A stretch of 64,000 nt of DNA. Origin: a virus. Lineage: Duplodnaviria > Caudoviricetes. Both the position numbers and the translations under genes were made by a program. The stretch is from positions 10,204 through 74,203 of the IMG/VR virus record IMGVR_UViG_3300037400_002553, one strand, 5' to 3'. The notes below the pieces were generated by a model, which was not told where the DNA came from, ran no database searches, and saw only the letters and a list, made by a program, of their open reading frames with translations. Positions 20,811 through 29,567 of the stretch are shown one piece after another; positions within the stretch are counted from its first letter, which is position 1, and each line of letters starts with the position of its first letter.

Positions 20811-21857
20811 TTATACTTTAGTGCCATTAATGATGAATGTAGCCTCTTTGTTTTTAACTATTTTATTACACATAACCTTTATTTCATCACCGTTATGAAG
20901 TGTTACGTTTCCATCTATCTTATCTCCATTAACATAAATTTTGTAATTATTGAGTATATTATCAAGGTCGACTCCAGTCATTTCAAAATCCGTATCGTTT
21001 TTAAAATGAATTATGTTCTTGGTACACTTTATCGGGAAGAAAACTGTTATTTTAATATCTTTACCATTTTCACAATCTTCAATTTCAGCATCTGGTATAT
21101 TTATTTTACTAGGCATGGATAATATATTAACGCCTCTCTTTATTGGAATCTCTTCAACTCTATAGTCATCCTCAGTTATGATATATGCCATTACTTTAAT
21201 ATTAAATGTTTGTGCATAGTACTGTCTATCATCTATTTGATAAGATGATTCGTCAGATATACTCTCTAATGTCATTGGCATGAAGTGCCCATTTGGCCTA
21301 ATATAACACTGTCTTGCCCTAAACTTTCTATTGATTAATGTGTTGAACTCATTTATCTTGTCGTATTTGTTTGTAAATACAGATATTTTATAAACCAAAT
21401 CAATTGCTGTTGGCTGATGCATTTTTAGTACTAAGAATGACTCTGACCCATTATCATCCAATACAATTTGTTTCTTCATTGTATAGAATCTATCTTCACC
21501 TGGTACGTTCCAGTAGCCATTTTGTATTTTGCCTAATTCTGGGTTATTATCACGGCTAATAGATTTAAAATTTAATAGAATATTTTTATCTTTATCTGTA
21601 AAACGCCACGATTGGGTATATTCTGAGAATCTTTGATTACTAAACAACACCATCGTTGGAAATTCTCTTCCATCATCGGACGTAATTGTTAAATCCTGTT
21701 CGACCCAGCGTTTAAAATCATCATCAATGTCTTTATACTCCACAGTTTTAGGTAGGAAGGTACCGTTTTTCAGTATCTCCGACATTAATTCATACCTTCT
21801 GTCATTTCCGACATAATGTGAATGTATGTCTAAATAATTTTTATACTCTTCTGCCAT
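20811..21857 (-). CDS. Neck/tail-completion protein (gp15-like)
   Basis: LPKTV.YKDID..F...QPTAIDLVYKISVFT...EFNTL...FMPMTLESISDES...YYAQTF.IKVMAY; adjacent to the sheath gene. Confidence 0.65.
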   Translation of the reverse strand: MAEEYKNYLDIHSHYVGNDRRYELMSEILKNGTFLPKTVEYKDIDDDFKRWVEQDLTITSDDGREFPTMVLFSNQRFSEYTQSWRFTDKDKNILLNFKSISRDNNPELGKIQNGYWNVPGEDRFYTMKKQIVLDDNGSESFLVLKMHQPTAIDLVYKISVFTNKYDKINEFNTLINRKFRARQCYIRPNGHFMPMTLESISDESSYQIDDRQYYAQTFNIKVMAYIITEDDYRVEEIPIKRGVNILSMPSKINIPDAEIEDCENGKDIKITVFFPIKCTKNIIHFKNDTDFEMTGVDLDNILNNYKIYVNGDKIDGNVTLHNGDEIKVMCNKIVKNKEATFIINGTKV

Positions 21858-22399
21858 TAAATACCTTGTGTTTCCGTAACATCACCAACAGAAGCACATA
21901 CTATATTTCTATAATATGGCTCATATCCATAAAGTGTATGTTTATTATCGTAATTAACCCTACCATCATCTGCAACTGTAAAAAACTCCATATGGTCTGG
22001 TGTTACTTGTAATCCGATATAATCGCCTAAATGTATTTCGCAGTTATTCTCATCCAACTCCTTCTGAAGTATCTGGAATTCAAGTTTTCCTACCTTTTTA
22101 TAATAGTTTTTAATCTTCTGAACATCATATGTCTTCAATTCGGCCTGATTTAACTTATACATACAGTTAAGTTCAATAGGTGTTTTGAATACTAAATCCT
22201 TAAATTTAGCCTCTTGATATACATCATCTATTTTAGTGTTCTCCCTATCAACTTCATACAATACAACAGTCTGATTTAGCACTTTGTTTATATACTCCAT
22301 GCTAAATCCAAGTTGCATATTAAATTGATGTTCCGAGAAGAACATATTATTCCTATTGATAGGATTTTTTCTTTTAATATCTGTTGTATTTAACTTCAT
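21857..22399 (-). CDS. Head-closure/neck protein (gp14-like)
   Basis: VVLYEVDRENT..DDVY.E...PIELNC...GKLEF.I...EL...EIHLGDYIG. Confidence 0.65.
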   Translation of the reverse strand: MKLNTTDIKRKNPINRNNMFFSEHQFNMQLGFSMEYINKVLNQTVVLYEVDRENTKIDDVYQEAKFKDLVFKTPIELNCMYKLNQAELKTYDVQKIKNYYKKVGKLEFQILQKELDENNCEIHLGDYIGLQVTPDHMEFFTVADDGRVNYDNKHTLYGYEPYYRNIVCASVGDVTETQGI

Positions 22400-22401
22400 A
22401 A

Positions 22402-22545
22402 TTACGCTCTACCTTGGCCACGATAGGATTTTTTATAATTCTTTGAACTTTTAAGTCTTGATGTTTTACATTTTGATATCACACCTGGGCGTTTTTTGTG
22501 AGGTGTTGCTATAAATGAAAAACTACTATTTGTTACTTTTGCCAT
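22402..22545 (-). CDS. Small basic protein (47 aa)
   Basis: Hand-translated MAKVTNSSFSFIATPHKKRPGVISKCKTSRLKSSKNYKKSYRGQGRA. Confidence 0.6.
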   Translation of the reverse strand: MAKVTNSSFSFIATPHKKRPGVISKCKTSRLKSSKNYKKSYRGQGRA

Positions 22546-22572
22546 TTTATTTATTTTTTAATGTTTTGTTTA

Positions 22573-23532
22573 TTATTTGTATTTTACAACTTTCCCAGAA
22601 GTTTTATTATAGGCGTACATATGGAAAACTGCGTTATCTACATAAGACAGACCACCATAGGCTCTAACATTATAATCTTGATTACTATCTGAAAGTAATG
22701 AAATATCACCAAATGTCAAACTAGTTGGTTCTTGTTTATTTAGGCCCAACACGTTGTGCAACGTTCCAGGATAACTCTCCATAGCATATGCCTCATATTT
22801 TAAATTACTATAAGATCCGTTATAAAAAAATAAAGGATAATACCATGCTATATAATTATTATTGAGAACTGGTGAAAAAGTACTTGAATTATAGTTGTTT
22901 GTTGTACTTGTTCTTTTTAAATAAGAAACTTGTTGCAATTGTCCGCTTGTACTTGACCATATAAGTCCCCTAAAATACGTCCCATCATAGTGATACCACG
23001 AAACCCATTTATCTAAACTAGATTCAACTCCCGAGATACTATCAGTGCCAAGATTATAATCCCAAATTGCTGTACGGGCTTTGATGTATTTACTACAAAA
23101 ATGTAAATTTGAAGAGGCATCTCTATAAGCAAACCAACAATCAACACCTGGCCAATTATATGAATTAGTTCTTGTTTTTAGTAAACTAATAGAATTACCA
23201 TCAAAGTATAATATATGTAATGGGACACTATAATTACTATTACCTCCATATAAACATATATAGTTATCTTTAACAACGCCGTTATGATATTTTGAAGAAA
23301 GTTCAATAGAATCCAAATCATTCCCATTTAAATCGAAAACATGCAGTGTATGTACAGTCGAACTCCATTGGTCGAATACTAATACATATACATACGGGCT
23401 GTTATCAAATTTATACAAGAATGATTTTTCACCAGACAACTGATTGATTGCATTAACAACTGTTTCAAATGGATCACCAGACATATGTCCGCCGTCCTGT
23501 TGCATTATCAATGTTCTTCTAATATCACTCAT
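22573..23532 (-). CDS. Putative tail-tip/receptor-binding protein with N-terminal MSDIRRTLIM peptide
   Basis: Y/S/N-rich beta-type sequence; ATG 23532 overlaps the upstream stop. Confidence 0.55.
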   Translation of the reverse strand: MSDIRRTLIMQQDGGHMSGDPFETVVNAINQLSGEKSFLYKFDNSPYVYVLVFDQWSSTVHTLHVFDLNGNDLDSIELSSKYHNGVVKDNYICLYGGNSNYSVPLHILYFDGNSISLLKTRTNSYNWPGVDCWFAYRDASSNLHFCSKYIKARTAIWDYNLGTDSISGVESSLDKWVSWYHYDGTYFRGLIWSSTSGQLQQVSYLKRTSTTNNYNSSTFSPVLNNNYIAWYYPLFFYNGSYSNLKYEAYAMESYPGTLHNVLGLNKQEPTSLTFGDISLLSDSNQDYNVRAYGGLSYVDNAVFHMYAYNKTSGKVVKYK

Positions 23533-23998
23533 TATCCCATTCACCTATAACACCTAAATTATTTTCTATGCTAACTAAATATTTTTTATTTGTTTGCGTA
23601 TTCAAATCCTTCATCCATACTACTGTATCAGGTACATATAACGCTGTCGCAACGTTACCGCTTGTAAATTGAAACATATATTCATTAACGATATTTGAAT
23701 CACCAGAAACAAAAGTAATATTCAAAACCTCCCTCTCGCCGAACATATACATTTTATTTGGTTCAATACTAAAAGTATTTCCACTATCAGATGTTTTATC
23801 AATTACAGGTATGCTTCCTCCTCCAGCAGATACTAATTCCTCAATTTTAGAAGAGGAATATGTTGTCTCATTTGAAACATTATTATCATCAATTGCTGCG
23901 ACGATAGTTTCTTGTGGGATAAAATATTCGGAATCCGCTCCATCATAATTAGAAAATTCTCCGTTATAGTAATTTTTATAATCTCTCATTTTATTCAA
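23525..23998 (-). CDS. Tail-fibre adaptor-like small protein
   Basis: TYSSSKIEEL motif plus IEPNKMYMF...VNEYMFQFTSG...VVW...KYLVSIENNLG domain, paralogous to the C-terminus of 29568..31775. Confidence 0.55.
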   Translation of the reverse strand: MNKMRDYKNYYNGEFSNYDGADSEYFIPQETIVAAIDDNNVSNETTYSSSKIEELVSAGGGSIPVIDKTSDSGNTFSIEPNKMYMFGEREVLNITFVSGDSNIVNEYMFQFTSGNVATALYVPDTVVWMKDLNTQTNKKYLVSIENNLGVIGEWDNE

Positions 23999-24128
23999 AA
24001 ATGTTTATACACTATTATTTACTTATAAATAGTTTTTATCATCGAAATAATATAATTTTTGTATATTTATTTTGTATTTATATACAGAAAGCGAAAAATA
24101 ACACAAAGTAACAAATAAGATATAAATT

Positions 24129-25283
24129 ATGCAAAAAGAAAGTAAAGTACAATTATCAAAAATGATGTCTTTAATGGAACGTATGGATAAACATTACACC
24201 AATGATCAAGCAAAGGTTTTATTAGAGAACGATTTGAGAAGCAAAAATCTTTTAAAAGAAGAAATTGAAGAGGCTGATAGGGGTACAGCCGTTCAAATTG
24301 ACAACAACACTTACTCATTAAGTGATCCAGAAGAATTAGTTAGAGTGTTATCCAAGAAAGATATGACGCCCCAAAAAGGCTGGTTTGTAACCATGGGTTA
24401 TGTATGCGGCGTTACGGAATTAGGCGATAAACAAATTCAAAAAGGTGTCGACTCATTTGAACCAGGTTCCCCAGAAAGAGTAAAATCATTAGGTTTCGAT
24501 AGATTAAATAACATTATTGATAATCCAACGATTATTGATAAGGGTATAAATAAAGGCAAAATTAAAAACCCATATATGCCAGATAGTAATTCAAACTTTA
24601 TTGTTAAAGTTGAAAAAATACAACTAATGTATGGTAGAAATGAAGAATATGGCAAGCGTAAACAAGATGTCGAACACGATTTAGAGGCATACCAACACGA
24701 GAATCCAGAAGATGTACAACATTATATCGATTATGTAGCAAATAGGCCAAAGAATCCATATCAAATAACAAGTTTCCCACAACAAGCATATGGTATGAAG
24801 AGCGACAATAGAACAAGAGTTCCAAATACCAACATATTCCAGTATCCAGACGGAAGTTATGAAATGGACTTCAATACTCCTCTTAAAGTTTATAAACGTC
24901 TAAAGGTTGCTTATTTCTTAATTAATGACGAAAATAATATTGAAGAAATAACCCCAGAAGAAGTAAAAGCATACGTTGACTTATTTGGTGTTAAAGCAAA
25001 TAAAAAAGTTGCTAACGAGGATGAAATTGTCGCAAGAGTTGAGAAATTTATAAACGATACAAAGACAAAACGCCATAATGGGGACTTATATAATCACTAC
25101 AAACTAAATAGCATCTTCTTACTTAACTTTGCAACAGAAGATGGAAGACAAAAATTACAATTCTACAATCCAAACGCTGTTGTTAGATTTGTTAAGGGAA
25201 AGGAATTGAAGAGCGGAATAACTCCTTCAAGATATACAGCATCTGGACTGCTTAAACCTCATCTTGAAAAAATGAAACAATAA
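24129..25283 (+). CDS. Hypothetical protein (N-terminal LME/LLE/LKE motifs)
   Basis: 384-aa ORF followed by a terminator. Confidence 0.65.
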   Translation: MQKESKVQLSKMMSLMERMDKHYTNDQAKVLLENDLRSKNLLKEEIEEADRGTAVQIDNNTYSLSDPEELVRVLSKKDMTPQKGWFVTMGYVCGVTELGDKQIQKGVDSFEPGSPERVKSLGFDRLNNIIDNPTIIDKGINKGKIKNPYMPDSNSNFIVKVEKIQLMYGRNEEYGKRKQDVEHDLEAYQHENPEDVQHYIDYVANRPKNPYQITSFPQQAYGMKSDNRTRVPNTNIFQYPDGSYEMDFNTPLKVYKRLKVAYFLINDENNIEEITPEEVKAYVDLFGVKANKKVANEDEIVARVEKFINDTKTKRHNGDLYNHYKLNSIFLLNFATEDGRQKLQFYNPNAVVRFVKGKELKSGITPSRYTASGLLKPHLEKMKQ

Positions 25284-25300
25284 TTTTAGTTCATAATTTT

Positions 25301-25331
25301 TAGGGAGATAAGAAATTATCTCCTATTTTTT
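25301..25331 (+). terminator. Rho-independent terminator
   Basis: TAGGGAGATAA-GAAA-TTATCTCCTA followed by TTTTTT. Confidence 0.65.
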
Positions 25332-25363
25332 GTATATTTACAAAGAATAATACAAAACTTACA

Positions 25364-27367
25364 ATGGCAAACTTAAAAAAGACAACACAGGCACTCGAAA
25401 TTCTCAAGAATTATGAAGGAGAAAATCCGTATATCCTAATGTTAAAGAGGGACATGTTTGTTTATGAGGATCCAGACGCAGTTGGAGACTTTCAGATAAA
25501 CTATATCCTTAAAAATCACGATTATAAGCCTAAAACAATAAACAGATATACAAAAATACCAGAATGGTACGGCCTAGATAGACAAGAAAAGTGGAATACC
25601 GAATTTGTACCTCAAAAATTACTTGTTTGTTCAATTTTTGGTGAAACGGATATTTCTTATAGTTGTTATGTACAGTACAGACAGTCCGTACCACCTGTTA
25701 TGTGTTTTTTACCAAAGAAAGCAATTATAAATAACCTATTCGTTGAGGATTATAATAAAATAGAAGTTGATTTTGATAGGTACGATAGATTATCAAATGC
25801 AAAATCGGAAGGTAGAAAGTTAAAACCACACCAAAAAGAGGCTGTTAAATTCTTATTGTCAAGAAAAAAATGTATGTTATGTGACGAGCAGGGATTAGGA
25901 AAAACAACATCCTTATCAGTAGCCGCTATTGAAGGTAATTTCGACTCCGTATTGATTATCTGCCCAGCATCATTAAAGACAAACTGGAAAACCGAATTAT
26001 CATATTACGTTGATGAACGATATATTACCGTAGTTGATGGATTTAGTGACAAAAACAAAAAAGAATTAGAGAAGTTCCTTGGGTATGGTATAGGAAAATC
26101 TGGAAAAAAGAGAGAAGAACTATTAGAAGATGTAAAACAATATGGCAAATGGCAAGATAATCGTTTTGTCATCGTTAACTATGACATATTAGACGATTTT
26201 TATACACTATCAAGTGTCAGAAGTGAGTCGTCCGTTAAGGAATTAGTTGAAAACAATCCAATGCTGAAATATATTTACAATAAAAAGGCCTGTATTATAA
26301 TGGATGAGGTCCATATTCTAACGGATAGTTCATCTAAACGCTATAAAATCATTAATAATTTGATCAAAAGGGGTAAACCAGAAAGTATATATCTTGCAAC
26401 AGGAACTCCAGTGACAAATAACCCATTGAATTTATACTATTTACTAGCACTTATTGAGAATGAGATAACGGCCGACTATAATTATTACATTAATACCTAT
26501 TGCGAAGCAAAGAAATTCCCAGCAAAAGGAGAAAGAGAGCGTTGTGAGAGAGAATTTTTAAGAATGAAAGGTAAATCATCGTGGTATGATTTAACTAACG
26601 CAGAAAAAGAAGGGCTAAAGGACTATATTTCAAAGCACGCAAAGATGATTACCACAGCAACTGGTTCTGATAACCTTAATGAATTGCAAGAAAAGATATC
26701 TCATATCTATTTAAGAAGAACAAAAGATATACTCGACCTACCTCCGAAGTATCTACATGAAGTATTTTATGACTTAACGGTTGATCAAAAGAAAGAGTAT
26801 AACAGATTGTGGGAAGAATATGAGGCAGAACAAAAACAACTCGATCAGGATAAGGAATTAAATAAGGAGTTGCTTGAGGGAAGTATCTATCGAAGTTATC
26901 TTGCAAACATAATGGTTCCAAAAACAATAGAATTGGCTAACTCTATTATATCAAAAGGTAATAAAGTCGTAATTGCATGCTGTTTTGACGAGGAATTATA
27001 CTCATTACGTGATTATTATAAAGATAAATGTGTTATTTATAACGGGAAGATGGGACTCAAGGATAAAGACGCCGCAAAAGATAAATTTCAGAATGATGAT
27101 AATTGTATGGTATTCATCGGAAATGTCATTAGTGCTGGAAAAGGCATCACACTGATTAAATCTCACGACCTTATATTCAACTCATTTAACTATTCAAATG
27201 CTGATTGTAAGCAAGTCGAGGATAGAATACATAGAATTGGGCAAACACATGACTGTGATATCTATTATCAGTTCTTTAGAGAGACACAGTGTGAGAATGT
27301 TTGGAATATCGTATTGAAAAAACAAAGAATAACTGAAGCATTAATAAAAAAAGAAGAGGAGAAATAA
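25364..27367 (+). CDS. SNF2-family (HARP/SMARCAL1-like) helicase
   Basis: LKPHQ, LCDEQGLGKT (Walker A), LIICPASLKTNW, IMDEVH, LATGTPVTN, QVEDRIHRIGQ. Confidence 0.9.
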   Translation: MANLKKTTQALEILKNYEGENPYILMLKRDMFVYEDPDAVGDFQINYILKNHDYKPKTINRYTKIPEWYGLDRQEKWNTEFVPQKLLVCSIFGETDISYSCYVQYRQSVPPVMCFLPKKAIINNLFVEDYNKIEVDFDRYDRLSNAKSEGRKLKPHQKEAVKFLLSRKKCMLCDEQGLGKTTSLSVAAIEGNFDSVLIICPASLKTNWKTELSYYVDERYITVVDGFSDKNKKELEKFLGYGIGKSGKKREELLEDVKQYGKWQDNRFVIVNYDILDDFYTLSSVRSESSVKELVENNPMLKYIYNKKACIIMDEVHILTDSSSKRYKIINNLIKRGKPESIYLATGTPVTNNPLNLYYLLALIENEITADYNYYINTYCEAKKFPAKGERERCEREFLRMKGKSSWYDLTNAEKEGLKDYISKHAKMITTATGSDNLNELQEKISHIYLRRTKDILDLPPKYLHEVFYDLTVDQKKEYNRLWEEYEAEQKQLDQDKELNKELLEGSIYRSYLANIMVPKTIELANSIISKGNKVVIACCFDEELYSLRDYYKDKCVIYNGKMGLKDKDAAKDKFQNDDNCMVFIGNVISAGKGITLIKSHDLIFNSFNYSNADCKQVEDRIHRIGQTHDCDIYYQFFRETQCENVWNIVLKKQRITEALIKKEEEK

Positions 27368-27368
27368 T

Positions 27369-27611
27369 ATGGAAAAAAGAATGAATTGGAAAGAAAAAGG
27401 AATGTGGGTAATAAGAGACTTTGATGGAATCTTATATATCTGTAACAGAAAGCCATATAAAAACTTTCACGACGAATTTGATTTTGTATGGAGTTGCGAG
27501 GGCGATTTTATTAGATTAGATTCGAAAAACTTCGATGATTTAAAGCCACAAGACGATCCAGTTGAGGTTGATGTCGTTGATTTATGGAAAAACAGAAAAA
27601 TAACAGACTAA
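27369..27611 (+). CDS. Small hypothetical protein
   Basis: 80-aa ORF (WVIRDFDG.LY...KP) directly after the helicase. Confidence 0.6.
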   Translation: MEKRMNWKEKGMWVIRDFDGILYICNRKPYKNFHDEFDFVWSCEGDFIRLDSKNFDDLKPQDDPVEVDVVDLWKNRKITD

Positions 27612-27632
27612 AATAAGCCTGCTATTTTATTT

Positions 27633-27701
27633 TTAATTAATATCTGGTCCTGGAGTTATTGTTCCAGTAGATAATGCATTTGAAAAAAAATCTGTTATGA
27701 A
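27633..27701 (-). pseudogene. Orphan C-terminal remnant of a tail-tip gene
   Basis: FITDFFSNALSTGTITPGPDIN-stop, with an in-frame TAG upstream and no start codon. Confidence 0.4.
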
Positions 27702-27772
27702 CTATATATACTTATACAAGTTGCGAAGAGCAGATAAGCGAGAAGAATATGTAAACTATTCGGGTTCATTTT

Positions 27773-28486
27773 TTATAAATTATTACTCCATATTGTTTGT
27801 CCACTATTAGTGTCTTTTATGTACATTGCGGACGTTTCATTTATATCGTAGTTGCTTGTAAAATATGCCACAGTAGAGTTTACATTTACTGTACGACTAT
27901 TTGGGAAAGACGAATTCCAATAAGACACATAATTTTTATCTATGTCATAATAATATATAGGATTGCGTAATAAGAATGTTATCCTTGATGAGGGTAAAGT
28001 ATTAGGAACGATAATTGAACATCCAATAGGGCTGGCACCAAAATTACGCGTATAATATCTAAAAATATAATTTCCCAAACTGATTTCCTTTTCACCCAAA
28101 ATCACATATGCATCCTCTATTTGTTTATCTGGGAGATACCCCAATACTACATTTTCAACTTGGCTTATGTTTGTACATATAGATACATATTTACAAGGAG
28201 AAACATTTCTGAAATAGGAATATCCAGTAAAATATTCTACATATTGCCAAGTTTCTTGTTGTCTGTATAACTTACAATTATCGAAGTCTAATATATTTGT
28301 ATCTCCTAAATATACTTTATGACTAAGATTTGAATCTAATTGTATATTCACAATACTTGCATAGTTAGCATCTTCTTCGAGGATAATATTTCCATTACTT
28401 CTGACTATCTTATAACCATACAGCCAGGCATTTCCTATGCTTTGCATCTGCATCATCAGCCTTCTTCTCTCTAATAACGTACTCAT
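27773..28486 (-). CDS. Putative tail-tip protein with N-terminal MSTLLERRRLMM peptide
   Basis: 237 aa, Y/N/S-rich; ATGA overlap with the upstream ORF; AAAGGAGG upstream. Confidence 0.6.
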   Translation of the reverse strand: MSTLLERRRLMMQMQSIGNAWLYGYKIVRSNGNIILEEDANYASIVNIQLDSNLSHKVYLGDTNILDFDNCKLYRQQETWQYVEYFTGYSYFRNVSPCKYVSICTNISQVENVVLGYLPDKQIEDAYVILGEKEISLGNYIFRYYTRNFGASPIGCSIIVPNTLPSSRITFLLRNPIYYYDIDKNYVSYWNSSFPNSRTVNVNSTVAYFTSNYDINETSAMYIKDTNSGQTIWSNNL

Positions 28487-29206
28487 GCAGCAATCCTCCT
28501 TTCTCTAGAATCACTACATAAAATATTGATTATTAAGAGTTTACCCCCCCCACACATTGGCGGATTTGAAGCTATAATGTTGCCTATTTGGAATATTCCA
28601 ACGCCTGGATAAAATGCATTGTTAATATTGTCAATTACACCACAAATTCCATTTTTCAAATATGGGTAAAGGTCTAACAATGTATTACCATCTTCTATTA
28701 TTTTTAAATTTAAATGGTCTGCTTCCTTGTGCACTTTTAAATATTTCAAGTTGATTATCATAAACAAAAATATCATTTTCATTACCACTTCTTTTTCTCT
28801 GTCTATATGGCATTTCAACCCCATTTTTTAATATTTTAAGTTCACTATCAGTAACATAAATTTTGTAATTTGCACTTTCTTCCTGGGAAAAATTAGATAT
28901 TACTTGAATTGTTGGAGAAGTTGTTTTTCCAACTCTCCCTTGAATAATATTACCTCCATAAACCCCACTCTTTAATATTACACAACCACAAAATTTATTT
29001 TCCCATACATCAAGGTCTTTACGATTGCTTATACCAAAACCAACAATATTTGGAACATTTTCAAATTCAAAAATAAATCTAGTTTTTTTATTATATATGT
29101 ATGATACTGGGATATAAGATGATGTATTATAATTCATTATCCAATCAATGTATCCACTTTCTCTACCCATTATCACATTTCTCCTATTTAACAATTCCTT
29201 ACTCAT
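28483..29206 (-). pseudogene. Frameshifted tail-tip (beta-sandwich-like) gene, MSKELLNRRNVIMG...
   Basis: ORF 28685..29206 ends RPFKFKNNRRW*, while the +1 frame continues LKIIEDGNTLLDLYPYLKNGICGVIDNINNAFY, which reads as the natural C-terminus. Confidence 0.55.
28544..28551 (-). repeat. G8 homopolymer immediately before TAA
   Basis: Minus strand TGT-GGGGGGGG-TAAACTC; the only long G/C run noticed in the window. Confidence 0.85.
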
Positions 29207-29540
29207 CTCTATGTGGTTGATTTTTCGCCCAAGTTATTGCTTCTTCTACAAAGTTATAATATTCCTGAAATGCTTCTGGTTCTACATCTCTCTTCCTTTG
29301 TACTTCAAATTCTTGGTTAATAGAATATCTCTCTCTTATTTTACCTTCTACTAATTCTTCAACAGTAGGTAAATATGGTTCTGGTTCTGGAGCCACATAT
29401 TCTTCCCATCCTTCATTCATAAAAACCTCTAAGGTAGGGTTAAATATCATAAAACCATCTATCGTAATAGATGTTAATACCTTACCGTTCTTCACTGTAA
29501 ATGTTCTTATAACTCCGTCTTTTATAAATGTCTTACTCAT
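29199..29540 (-). CDS. Tail-fibre assembly chaperone-like protein
   Basis: IFNPT.E...EGWEEY...PEP...LVEGKIRERYSINQEF...AFQEYYNFVEE; lies directly after the fibre gene. Confidence 0.5.
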   Translation of the reverse strand: MSKTFIKDGVIRTFTVKNGKVLTSITIDGFMIFNPTLEVFMNEGWEEYVAPEPEPYLPTVEELVEGKIRERYSINQEFEVQRKRDVEPEAFQEYYNFVEEAITWAKNQPHRDE

Positions 29541-29567
29541 AATATATAGTAGTATTTTAAATATTTT

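Noticed and set aside
27705-27768. 24-aa hydrophobic micro-ORF MNPNSLHILLAYLLFATCISIYSS as a holin or toxin
   Set aside because: It is too short, lacks charged flanks and has no independent support; the region is better treated as a junction spacer.
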